Source of the DNA: a virus
Virus record (IMG/VR): IMGVR_UViG_3300046167_000884
Location: 1 to 64,000 of that record
Length of the DNA stretch: 64,000 bases
Reading direction: 5' to 3' (one strand)
The notes beneath the pieces were generated by a model. That model searched no databases. It saw only the letters and a list, made by a program, of their open reading frames with translations, and was not told where the DNA came from. Of the stretch, positions 8,416-17,717 are shown piece by piece. Position 1 is the stretch's first letter. Every line of letters starts with the position of its first letter. The translations under genes were made by a program, and so were the position numbers.

Positions 8416-9186
8416 ATGAAATTATCAGCAGAAAAAATCCAAGCAAACTGGGTAGAATTTAATACCAATATTGAAACATATATTACTGGAGATCGTAAAC
8501 AACGTTTACTTGATTTCTATAAAAAATATGAAGATCGTATTATTCTAATGCCAGCGGCACATAAGAAAGAATACCATTCAGCATTCCCAGGTGGATACGT
8601 AGATCACGTTAATAGAGTAGTAAAAGCAGCTTTATCCATGTCCGCTGTATGGGAAGGATTTGGTTGTGATATGACGACATTTACCCAGGAAGAATTGGTA
8701 TTTTCGGCGATTAATCACGACCTAGGTAAAATGGGATCTGATACTGAGGAAGCATATGTACCTCAGACTGATAATTGGAGACGTGATAAATTAGGTGAAG
8801 ATTATATGTTTAATAAGGCATTACCTTTTGCAGCTGTTCCAGATCGTGGGTTATTTCTACTTCAGCAGCATGATATTAAATATACGTTTAATGAAATGAT
8901 TGCTATCCAGACACATGATGGTTTATATGACTCAGCAAATGAAAAATATTTAAAAGCATTCATGCCCGAACAGAAACCTCGCACATCACTTCCATTCATT
9001 TTACATCAAGCAGACATGATGGCTGCGCGCATAGAATTTGAGATTGAATGGTTACCAAAGTTCTCTAAAAATAGCGTGGATACTCCAAAGAAAAATTATA
9101 CATTAAAGTCCAAGACAACTGCTAAAACCAAAGCACTTAATACTTTATCTAGTCCAGGGTTAAAAAGCATGTTAGATAATTTATGA
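8416..9186 (+). CDS. HD-domain phosphohydrolase
   Basis: YHSAFPGGYVDHVNRV, INHDLGKMG, THDG and LHQADM metal-binding motifs. Confidence 0.85.
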   Translation: MKLSAEKIQANWVEFNTNIETYITGDRKQRLLDFYKKYEDRIILMPAAHKKEYHSAFPGGYVDHVNRVVKAALSMSAVWEGFGCDMTTFTQEELVFSAINHDLGKMGSDTEEAYVPQTDNWRRDKLGEDYMFNKALPFAAVPDRGLFLLQQHDIKYTFNEMIAIQTHDGLYDSANEKYLKAFMPEQKPRTSLPFILHQADMMAARIEFEIEWLPKFSKNSVDTPKKNYTLKSKTTAKTKALNTLSSPGLKSMLDNL

Positions 9187-9458
9187 TATTAGAAATAATA
9201 ATAGGAATTTTAAGTTTATTAGTCGTTATCTTAGGATATACGACTTTTAACCTTTTACGTAAAAATGAAAGGGCAGAGGATATTATATTTCAATATAATG
9301 AATATTTAATAGAATTTAATAAGCAAATTAAGTTTACTAGTGAGCGTCTAAAAAAGATAGATGCTCGAGGTACATTTGAAAGTGATGATGAAGTTGGTTG
9401 GTTTTTCAAACAAATAAAAAATCTACAAGAAGGAATTGAAAAATTCCGAATCAACTAA
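9183..9458 (+). CDS. Small membrane-anchored protein
   Basis: N-terminal hydrophobic helix IIIGILSLLVVILGY followed by a coiled region. Confidence 0.6.
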   Translation: MILEIIIGILSLLVVILGYTTFNLLRKNERAEDIIFQYNEYLIEFNKQIKFTSERLKKIDARGTFESDDEVGWFFKQIKNLQEGIEKFRIN

Positions 9459-9461
9459 CAT

Positions 9462-10167
9462 ATGGTAAGAAAAAGAAGAAAAAAGAGTAAAAATTACTTT
9501 ACTCAAGAGACAGAGGACTATATTGTAAAATATAATAACGAATCCTGATCCCGAAATAAGAAGTAAGATATATGAAACCCATATACACTACCCCTTCTTT
9601 AAACTTACCCAGAATATAATCCATACTTTTAAATTTTACCATACAGAAGTAGAAAACTTAGAGCATCTCCAACACGAGATAATTACTTTTTTATTGTCTA
9701 AAATGCATTTATTTGACCCAACAAGAGGAGCAAAAGCATATTCATATTTTGGTACTATAGTAAAACGTTGGTTAATCCTATATAATACTAAAAATTATAA
9801 AAAGAAAATTAAAAAGGTTGAAGTAGATATTCTAACAGGTGAAAATTCAACCCACACTTACAATATAGGAGATGATAAAGTAAAAAGTGATTTAGACAAA
9901 TATGTTGATTTATTTGTAATTTATACCAGTGAGAATATACTAGAATTATTCCCAAAGAAAAATGATGCCCAAATAGCAGATGCAATTTTAGAATTATTTA
10001 GAAAAAGGGAAACAATTGAAGTATTTAATAAAAAGGCACTTTATATTTACATTAGAGAAATGGTAGATGTAAAAACTCCTAAAATTACCAAAATAGCTGA
10101 TAAACTTCATGAAATATTTAAATCACAGTATATATTTTATTTAGAAAACGGTTACGCTAGATTCTAA
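9462..10167 (+). CDS. Phage RNA polymerase sigma factor (sigma70 region 2 / T4 gp55-like); indel near 9543
   Basis: The joined frame gives MVRKRRKKSKNYFTQETEDYIVKYN...KLTQNIIHTFKF...HLFDPTRGAKAYSYFGTIVKRWL, matching the region-2 FDP.RG..(F/Y)S.Y pattern. Confidence 0.65.
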
Positions 10168-10182
10168 CCCCTTCCTATATCC

Positions 10183-10192
10183 ATATTTATAA
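10183..10192 (+). promoter_or_regulatory. ATATTTATAA motif heading the baseplate operon
   Basis: 12 nt upstream of ATG 10205. Confidence 0.55.
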
Positions 10193-10204
10193 TAAAATAA
10201 CATT

Positions 10205-10561
10205 ATGGGATCATTAGATAATATTGTATTTAAGAAAAAAAAGTTTTCGGATATCCTAAGCGAAATTTACGATAACCAAAAGAAAAAAGAAACCCAAATC
10301 ACTGGTTTAATTTCGGAATTAAAACCATTAATAAATGATATTGGTGATGCTACTTTAATCGTTCCACTTATTAAAGAATATATGGAAATTGGTGTTCGTA
10401 ACGATGAACAATTAATTAAAATGGCTACTATAGTACAGCGTGCGCTTAACAATAGTGGTGGTGAAGAATCAATGGGTATAACGGAAGAAGAAAAACAACA
10501 GTTAATGGAGGAATTAGATAAACTTAATACTAATTTCGAAGAAAAAAAAGATGGCAAATAA
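10205..10561 (+). CDS. Hypothetical helical protein, 118 aa
   Basis: ORF track; first gene of the structural run. Confidence 0.65.
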   Translation: MGSLDNIVFKKKKFSDILSEIYDNQKKKETQITGLISELKPLINDIGDATLIVPLIKEYMEIGVRNDEQLIKMATIVQRALNNSGGEESMGITEEEKQQLMEELDKLNTNFEEKKDGK

Positions 10562-11867
10562 TCTAGGATTTAGTGCGTTAAATAGTAACCTTAATTCTCA
10601 AGACCCAACAAAAGAAATTTTTGACAATTTAAATGTTTTAAATTCTCAATTAATAACTGGTAGGGTTGTAGATATTATATTAAGTAATACACATCCCTTA
10701 TTTTATGACTTTGGGGGTTGGAATGGTTTAGGTACTATATTTTTTGAACCCACAAATAATTTAGATTTACCACCTACCGCTACAAAACCAACGGCTTTAC
10801 CCTTAATACCTTATGCTAAAAATTTACCTATAATAAATGAAATAGTAGTTTTATTAAGTCTTCCCTCTAAGGAAATTAATAGTCTTGCAAATTCACAACA
10901 AACTAATAAATATTATTACATAAATCCTATAAGTATTTGGAATAGCAATCACCATAATGCTTTTCCTAATTTATTACAACCAACAACAGATAATCCTCCT
11001 CAACAAAATTATCAAGAAATAGAAGCAGGTTCACCTAGGGTTACTAAAAATACTAATAATGAAATTAATTTAAATAGTCCTATAATAGGAGGGACTTTTA
11101 AAGAAAAATCTAATATTCATCCTATCATTCCTTTCGCAGGTGATATAATTAATGAAGGAAGATGGGGTAATTCTATTAGATTAGGAAGTACAGTATCAGG
11201 ATCTAATAATACTGAAGATTATCAAAGTACTTGGTCCTTTGTAGGCGATAACGGTGATCCTATTACTATATTAAGAAATGGTCAACCAAAAGAAGCAAGC
11301 AAAACCGGGTATTTACCTATTGTAGAAGATATAAATAAAGATTTATCTTCTATATATATGACTTCTTACCAACAAATTCCTCTAAGAGCAGCAAACGAAA
11401 ATTACTCGTCCCTTTCCCCAGAACCCTTATTACCTAGAGAATATTTTAACCCCCAAGTAATTTTAAATTCTGGGCGTTTAGTATTTAATGCTTCAACTGA
11501 TAGTATAATTGCAAGTGCACAAGATTCTATATCATTATCTTCAAATAAACAAATAGGAATTACCTCTGAAAATGTAAACATAGCAGCAGATAGCATTAAA
11601 ATAGGAGGTCCAACAGCAAATGACCCTGCTTTATTAGGAGGTGCTTTTATTAATCAATTTAAAATTTTAGTTGAACAAATTCAAGTTTTAGCATTTGCAT
11701 GTTCAGGATTAGAAGGATATGATAGTGAATCCACAAACATTGAATCATCAGGTATAGATGCTGCGGGTCAATCATTAGATGAAACTTGTAAAAATATTTT
11801 AGATTTATTACCTAATGATAATAAAATTACCTCACCTTTATTGTCTAATACTATAAGATTAAAATAA
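10551..11867 (+). CDS. Probable baseplate hub/spike (gp5/VgrG-like) protein
   Basis: N-terminal OB-like segment (GRVVDIIL...LPIINEIVVL), GDIINEGRWGNSIRLG, C-terminal beta-repeat-like region; located before gp25/gp6-like genes. Confidence 0.4.
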   Translation: MANNLGFSALNSNLNSQDPTKEIFDNLNVLNSQLITGRVVDIILSNTHPLFYDFGGWNGLGTIFFEPTNNLDLPPTATKPTALPLIPYAKNLPIINEIVVLLSLPSKEINSLANSQQTNKYYYINPISIWNSNHHNAFPNLLQPTTDNPPQQNYQEIEAGSPRVTKNTNNEINLNSPIIGGTFKEKSNIHPIIPFAGDIINEGRWGNSIRLGSTVSGSNNTEDYQSTWSFVGDNGDPITILRNGQPKEASKTGYLPIVEDINKDLSSIYMTSYQQIPLRAANENYSSLSPEPLLPREYFNPQVILNSGRLVFNASTDSIIASAQDSISLSSNKQIGITSENVNIAADSIKIGGPTANDPALLGGAFINQFKILVEQIQVLAFACSGLEGYDSESTNIESSGIDAAGQSLDETCKNILDLLPNDNKITSPLLSNTIRLK

Positions 11868-13363
11868 TGGAAGTATCTGATAAAAATCCGAATAATGTAG
11901 GGGGTGTGGGGTCACAGTCTTTTTTAGCTTCATCTTCATTAATAAAAAATGGGGTTAATGATACTGCTTATATTAATATATTATCTTTAAATGATGGTTC
12001 TCTAAAAACAGAAACTATTGTATTAACAGATGATGCCCCACCTAATAAAATATCTGAAGCAAAATTTAGTGTACCTAATGATCAACTTATAGAAGATGCT
12101 TTAAATCAGTTAATAATAGATTTAAATTTATCTTCTGGGGATCTTACTATTGAAAGTACCCAATACTTTGAAGTACCTAATACTATTAAAAAGGAATTTA
12201 TAATTACTGGTACTGTAATAGATTTTTATAAAAATTTACCATTACCTAATGTTAGTATAATATTACCCTTACCAGGTACTAAATTTACTACTAAAACAAA
12301 TAGTCAAGGAAAATTTAAAATTAAAGCTGTTTATCCGGTTGATAAAAACACAGAAAGAGCAACTTTAAGACCCCCTATTTTAGTAACAGCTAAAGGATAT
12401 ATTCCAAAAAAACTAACCCCTTATGCCTTAGATCAAACAGTTAAATCTGATTTAAGAACTACCCAACTAAAATCTACTCAAGGTTTAACAGCAGAAGCAA
12501 AAGCTGAAATAGGGAGGTTAAAGAAAAAAACAGTTAAATTTATTCAAAGACTAAAACCCAAAAAAGGGGCGTTAAAATTAGTAATTAAAAAGTTTATAAC
12601 ACAATTAAAAGAAAGACTAATTCCTTTTCTTTTAGCTTTATTAGCTCCTTTTTTAATAGGAAAAATTAGTGATATAATAGCAGGGAAAATATCACAAGCA
12701 TCTGCACAAGGTCCCTGTCCTTCTCCTGAAGAAGTAATACGAATAAAAAATAGAAGAAATAAAATTGTAAGGCAATTAAATCAACTATATAAATTAGTAA
12801 ATACTGCTTTAGTAATAGTAGGTATACTAGGAGGTTTAGCTGCAGTTATCAAAATAGCAGCAGGGATAATAAGAGCTATTCCTTTACCAACAGCAGTACC
12901 TCCGGGTGTTGGTTTTCCAACTAGCTTAATTTTAAATTTCCAAAGATTAATTGATAAATTATTAAAAGTTGCCGAAAAAACATTTACTTTATCATTAGGT
13001 ATAAGTTCTGCATTATTAGTATTATCATCTTTATTACTACAGGCTTTAAAATTATTAAAATTATTAGACCAACAGTTATTAAGGTGTAGTGAAAATATTG
13101 AAGATCTTGAAGATTTAGACTTTACAATAGAAGACGATGAAGAAGAAGATACACAAATAAATAACTTAGTAAATGGTTTTACCCTAGCAGTTGTTGTTGA
13201 TAATAAATCTAAAGTAGGTTCATTACAAAGAAGATATGCAACTGCAACAAACCCACAAGGGGTTGTAATTTTAAAAGGAGAACCATCATTTAGTGCAAGT
13301 GAACAAATATTAATTGATGAACTTGCATTTTATATACGATCAAACGATTTAAAAGCTAACTAG
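11867..13363 (+). CDS. Structural-module protein with carboxypeptidase-regulatory-like Ig domain and hydrophobic helices
   Basis: IITGTVIDFYKNLPLPNVSII...TNSQGKFKI; hydrophobic LVIVGILGGLAAVIKIAAGII and LGISSALLVLSSLLL segments. Confidence 0.5.
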   Translation: MEVSDKNPNNVGGVGSQSFLASSSLIKNGVNDTAYINILSLNDGSLKTETIVLTDDAPPNKISEAKFSVPNDQLIEDALNQLIIDLNLSSGDLTIESTQYFEVPNTIKKEFIITGTVIDFYKNLPLPNVSIILPLPGTKFTTKTNSQGKFKIKAVYPVDKNTERATLRPPILVTAKGYIPKKLTPYALDQTVKSDLRTTQLKSTQGLTAEAKAEIGRLKKKTVKFIQRLKPKKGALKLVIKKFITQLKERLIPFLLALLAPFLIGKISDIIAGKISQASAQGPCPSPEEVIRIKNRRNKIVRQLNQLYKLVNTALVIVGILGGLAAVIKIAAGIIRAIPLPTAVPPGVGFPTSLILNFQRLIDKLLKVAEKTFTLSLGISSALLVLSSLLLQALKLLKLLDQQLLRCSENIEDLEDLDFTIEDDEEEDTQINNLVNGFTLAVVVDNKSKVGSLQRRYATATNPQGVVILKGEPSFSASEQILIDELAFYIRSNDLKAN

Positions 13364-13367
13364 TTTA

Positions 13368-13377
13368 ATATTTATAA
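13368..13377 (+). promoter_or_regulatory. ATATTTATAA motif
   Basis: 14 nt upstream of ATG 13392. Confidence 0.55.
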
Positions 13378-13391
13378 TAAATCAATATAAC

Positions 13392-13778
13392 ATGAAATTA
13401 AGTCAACTAAAATCCATTGTAAAAGATGCTGTAAAAGAGGCAATTCAAGAGGAAATGAAAGACATTCTTATGGAAGCTGTACGCTCTCCTAAACAAACTG
13501 TTTATGAAAATAGAATGGGTACTCCTACAACAAATGTAGCATCACCAAACCCAATGAACCCAGTGATGCAATCATCACTTCCAGAAACCGATAAAGCAAC
13601 ATTAAGAGAAAATATGATGAATGTTTTAGATGGTATGAGACCTGGAGCTAATGGTACATTAAGTGCAAATACATCAAATGTGCCTTTACAAGTTACAAGT
13701 ACGGATACAATGAATGGTTCTTTACCTCAAGGAGAAGTAAATATGGATCAAATAATGGGGTTAATGAATAAAAGATAA
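13392..13778 (+). CDS. Hypothetical protein, N-terminal MKLSQLKSIVKDAVKEAIQEE helix
   Basis: ORF track. Confidence 0.65.
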   Translation: MKLSQLKSIVKDAVKEAIQEEMKDILMEAVRSPKQTVYENRMGTPTTNVASPNPMNPVMQSSLPETDKATLRENMMNVLDGMRPGANGTLSANTSNVPLQVTSTDTMNGSLPQGEVNMDQIMGLMNKR

Positions 13779-13782
13779 TTAA

Positions 13783-14190
13783 ATGGCATTTGGAGCAACT
13801 AGAATATTCCCCGATGATTTACGTCCTAGCGTAGCTATTGGATTTAACCTTCCTATGAATGAGGGAGGGGTATTTACTCCTAATTATCAAACTAAACAAG
13901 CAATTAAAAACAATTTAATTAATTATTTTTTAACAAACCCCGGAGAAAGACCAGGAAACCCCGAATTTGGTGCCGGGTTAAGAGCTTATATATTTTCTCA
14001 AATTGATCAACAAGATTTAAGTTTTATACAAGATGATATCCAAACAAAAATATTAACATTCTTTCCGGATGTAATACTCCAGGAAGTAACAGTTTTACCA
14101 ACGGATACATCAAATCAAATAAAAATTAATATAACTTATAGTGTAGCTGATACTGGCATAAGTGATGCACTATCATTAAGCTTTAACTAA
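13783..14190 (+). CDS. Baseplate wedge protein, gp25/GPW family
   Basis: IKNNLINYFLTNPGERPGNPEFGAGLRAYIF is the gp25 signature. Confidence 0.85.
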   Translation: MAFGATRIFPDDLRPSVAIGFNLPMNEGGVFTPNYQTKQAIKNNLINYFLTNPGERPGNPEFGAGLRAYIFSQIDQQDLSFIQDDIQTKILTFFPDVILQEVTVLPTDTSNQIKINITYSVADTGISDALSLSFN

Positions 14191-16085
14191 TGGCCGTAAG
14201 AAGAACAATAAACTATTTAAATAAGGATTTTAGTGATTATAGAGATCAATTAATTAATTTTTCTCAAACTTATTTTCCTAATACTTATACAGATTTTACT
14301 GAAACATCTCCTGGAATGATGTTTATGGAACAAGCAGCGTATGTTGGTGATGTATTATCTTACTATCTAGATAACCAAATCCAAGAAAATTTCTTACAAT
14401 ACGCTAGACAAACTAGTAATTTATATGATTTATCTTATATGTACGGGTATAAACCTAAGGTAACTGGTTTATCTTCTGTAGATTTAGATTTCTATCAATT
14501 AGTACCATCTATCCCTATTACTGTAGGTGCAGATACACAGTATATCCCAGATTATAATTATGCTTTATATATAGGAGCTAATACAACATCTACAACACAA
14601 ACAGGTGTATCTTTCGTTATTGAAGACCCTATAGATTTCACAGTATCTAATTCTTTAGACCCAACAACAGTTACAGTAGCCCAAATTTCAGGAAATGAAC
14701 CTACTTATTATTTACTTAAAAAAACAAGAAAAGCATTATCTGGAACTATTCAAACTACTACATTTGCCTTTACATCACCTGAAGAATTTCCTACTATAGA
14801 AATTAGTGACGATAGCATTGGGGGTATAATTGATTGTTTTGACTCAGAAGGAAACGAGTGGTATGAAGTTGATTATTTAGGTCAAGAATTAGTTTTTGAC
14901 GGTATAAAAAATACTAATGTAAATGATCCTAATAATTACCAAAATAGTGATAACACACCATATTTACTTCAAACAAAACAAGTTCAAAGAAGATTTAATT
15001 CAAGATTTTTAAGTACTAATACTTTGCAACTCCAGTTTGGTTCTGGGAACCCTTTTGATACCGATGAAGAAGTTATACCTAACCCAATGAATGTTGGTTT
15101 AGGGTTACCTTTTGAGAAAAATAAGCTAACAACAGCCTATTCTCCTACTAATTTTATATTTACAAACACTTATGGTATTGCCCCAAGTAATACTACATTA
15201 ACTTTAAGATATTTAAAAGGTGGTGGAGTTAAATCTAATGTTCGTGCAAATACCATAACAACATTAAATACTAATTTAGTTAAATTTTTAAAACAATCCC
15301 TAAATAATACCACAGCCCAATACGTATTTAACTCAGTTCAAGTTAATAACCCAAAAGCAGCTAATGGGGGTAATAATGGAGATTCTGCTGAAGAAATAAG
15401 ACAAAATACTATTTCAAATCTTTCATCCCAATTAAGAAATGTTACAGCTGATGATTATTTAGTAAGAGCATTAAGTATGCCCTCTAAATATGGTATTATA
15501 TCTAAAGCTATAACTCAAAAACCTAAAGCAAATGACCCTAATACTACATTAGATTTATATGTTTTATCTTCTGATTTAAATAATAATTTAACAAATGCAT
15601 CTTCTGCTTTAAAAAGTAATCTTAGAAATTATATAAACCAATATAGAATGATTGGTGATGCTATTAATATAAAAAATGCTTTTGTCATTAATATTGGGGT
15701 TAATTTTGAAATTATTACTTTACCTAATTATAATAATAGTCAAGTTCTAGCTAGATGTACTACTGAATTACAAAAATTTTTTAATATAGACAATTGGCAA
15801 ATTAATCAACCAATAATTTTAAGAGATATTAGTATTTTATTGGACAATATAGCTGGGGTACAAACAGTAAATAATATAAATATTGTTAATAAAGCTGGAA
15901 CAACATCTGGATATTCACAATATGCATATGATGTATCTGGGGCTTTACAGAATGGTACTATTTTTCCTTCAATCGATCCTATGATTTTTGAAGTAAAATA
16001 TCCAACTAATGATATAATAGGTAGGGTAGTTACCTTAGGACAAGGAGGAGGAAGCACAGCAAACGGTGGAGGCAGAAATTATTAA
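14190..16085 (+). CDS. Baseplate wedge subunit, T4 gp6/BplJ-like
   Basis: YLNKDFSDYR..L, ETSPGMMFMEQAAYVGDVLSYYLD, YARQ..NLY..GY, GG...DS.EEIR, RNVTADDY. Confidence 0.85.
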   Translation: MAVRRTINYLNKDFSDYRDQLINFSQTYFPNTYTDFTETSPGMMFMEQAAYVGDVLSYYLDNQIQENFLQYARQTSNLYDLSYMYGYKPKVTGLSSVDLDFYQLVPSIPITVGADTQYIPDYNYALYIGANTTSTTQTGVSFVIEDPIDFTVSNSLDPTTVTVAQISGNEPTYYLLKKTRKALSGTIQTTTFAFTSPEEFPTIEISDDSIGGIIDCFDSEGNEWYEVDYLGQELVFDGIKNTNVNDPNNYQNSDNTPYLLQTKQVQRRFNSRFLSTNTLQLQFGSGNPFDTDEEVIPNPMNVGLGLPFEKNKLTTAYSPTNFIFTNTYGIAPSNTTLTLRYLKGGGVKSNVRANTITTLNTNLVKFLKQSLNNTTAQYVFNSVQVNNPKAANGGNNGDSAEEIRQNTISNLSSQLRNVTADDYLVRALSMPSKYGIISKAITQKPKANDPNTTLDLYVLSSDLNNNLTNASSALKSNLRNYINQYRMIGDAINIKNAFVINIGVNFEIITLPNYNNSQVLARCTTELQKFFNIDNWQINQPIILRDISILLDNIAGVQTVNNINIVNKAGTTSGYSQYAYDVSGALQNGTIFPSIDPMIFEVKYPTNDIIGRVVTLGQGGGSTANGGGRNY

Positions 16086-16096
16086 AAAATAAAAAA

Positions 16097-17248
16097 ATGG
16101 CAGTATATAAACTTTTCCCACTTCAAGATTCAACCCTGTATTCAGGATACCCAGAAATGAATACGGGTATAGATGCAATTTTAGAAATATCTAGTACATA
16201 TCCCTCTACATTTTCTACTCCTATTGTAGCAAGATCTTTAATCCAATTTGATCAATCTCAAATTAATAGTATTATTGATACTTTAAATACTAGTTCTACT
16301 GCAATCTCAGCAAGTTTAAAAACTTTTATAGCAGATGCTAGTGGGGTAGTAATGAAATCAGATATATATGTTTACCCATCTTCGGGATCATGGAATAATG
16401 GTAGTGGAGAATATTTAGATAATCCTTCTACTGTTAATGGAGTTGGTTGGGAATTTAGAGCAAATAGTGGTTCGAATCCCTGGTTATTAGATAGTTTTAC
16501 AGAAAATGTAACCGGATCATATATAGCAGCATCCCCAGGAGGTGGAAATTGGTATACTGCTTCCACAGATACAAATTTAAATTTAGAGTATTCTCAATCC
16601 TTTAACTTAAGAACGACCAAGGATATTAATATGGATGTAACAGATATAGTTAAAACATGGTACTCTAGTTCATATAATATACCTGGTACTTATACTGAAA
16701 TAGAAAATAATGGGTTTATTTTAAAATGGAGTGATGAAGTTGAATTTGATTCTAATTTATCAATCCAACCTAAAATGCAATTTTATTCTGTTGATACAAA
16801 TACTATATATCCTCCCCAATTAGAAATTAAATGGAGAGATTATAAATACGATAAAGGGGGATTATCAACTATTAACACCCCTGATTTATATCTTGCTATA
16901 GATAATAACCAAGGTATATTTTATAGTGAAAGCATCAATCAGTTTAGAATAAATTGTAGACCAGAGTTCCCAACTAGAACTTTTCAAACAGCTTCTATAT
17001 ACACAGATAATTTTGCATTACCCCACTCATCATATTATGCTATAAAAGATTTAGATACAAATGAATTTGTAATTGATTTTGATTCAGAGTTTACTCAAAT
17101 TAGTTGTGATAACATAGGTAGTTACTTTACATTATATATGAATGGTTTAGAACCTGAAAGGTATTATGAAATATTAATCCAAACTACAGTTGATGGTAAT
17201 ACAATAGTAAAGGATGATCAATATTATTTTAAAGTTGTTAATGGATAA
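16097..17248 (+). CDS. Virion structural protein (DNRLRE-like beta domain)
   Basis: FPLQDSTLYSG..NTG.D.ILE...RSLIQFD...ENNGFILK...YPPQLEI; position in the baseplate operon. Confidence 0.5.
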   Translation: MAVYKLFPLQDSTLYSGYPEMNTGIDAILEISSTYPSTFSTPIVARSLIQFDQSQINSIIDTLNTSSTAISASLKTFIADASGVVMKSDIYVYPSSGSWNNGSGEYLDNPSTVNGVGWEFRANSGSNPWLLDSFTENVTGSYIAASPGGGNWYTASTDTNLNLEYSQSFNLRTTKDINMDVTDIVKTWYSSSYNIPGTYTEIENNGFILKWSDEVEFDSNLSIQPKMQFYSVDTNTIYPPQLEIKWRDYKYDKGGLSTINTPDLYLAIDNNQGIFYSESINQFRINCRPEFPTRTFQTASIYTDNFALPHSSYYAIKDLDTNEFVIDFDSEFTQISCDNIGSYFTLYMNGLEPERYYEILIQTTVDGNTIVKDDQYYFKVVNG

Positions 17249-17250
17249 TT

Positions 17251-17715
17251 ATGACTCAAACAAGAAACGTTGATTTAAGAAAAGAGGTTTTTAGTAAACC
17301 TCAATATGAAAAAGTAATTGACACCAGTTTTTCCCAATTAGGGATTACTAGTATTAGTGCTAGTGCTGAAGACCAAATAAGTCTTGAAGAATTCTTTGGA
17401 TATTACAATTCTCTTTTTTATGATATACCACCCACTGGTGAAACTAATTCACATGAATTTTTAGTGAAAAGTAGTGGCGAATATATTAATTTTGACCAAA
17501 TAGCAGAAGAAATCATAGCATTACAACAAGAAATAGCGGGATTAAGAGAAGAATTATTAGCAGAACAAATTAAAGTAATAGAATTAGAATCGGGAATAAC
17601 AGTAAATACGGGGTCATTAAATCTAGGTACAGATACTAGTATTCCAAACTCAGCTGGAGGAAATGCTAATCTATCAACTTCCAATAATAACCCAATAAAT
17701 AATTCATTATATTAG
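17251..17715 (+). CDS. Hypothetical structural-module protein with a coiled-coil segment
   Basis: IAEEIIALQQEIAGLREELLAEQ heptads. Confidence 0.6.
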   Translation: MTQTRNVDLRKEVFSKPQYEKVIDTSFSQLGITSISASAEDQISLEEFFGYYNSLFYDIPPTGETNSHEFLVKSSGEYINFDQIAEEIIALQQEIAGLREELLAEQIKVIELESGITVNTGSLNLGTDTSIPNSAGGNANLSTSNNNPINNSLY

Positions 17716-17717
17716 AA

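Noticed and set aside
16469-16480. GGTTCGAATCCC tRNA T-arm-like motif
   Set aside because: It lies inside a long structural CDS, and I could not build an acceptor stem, D-arm or anticodon arm around it.
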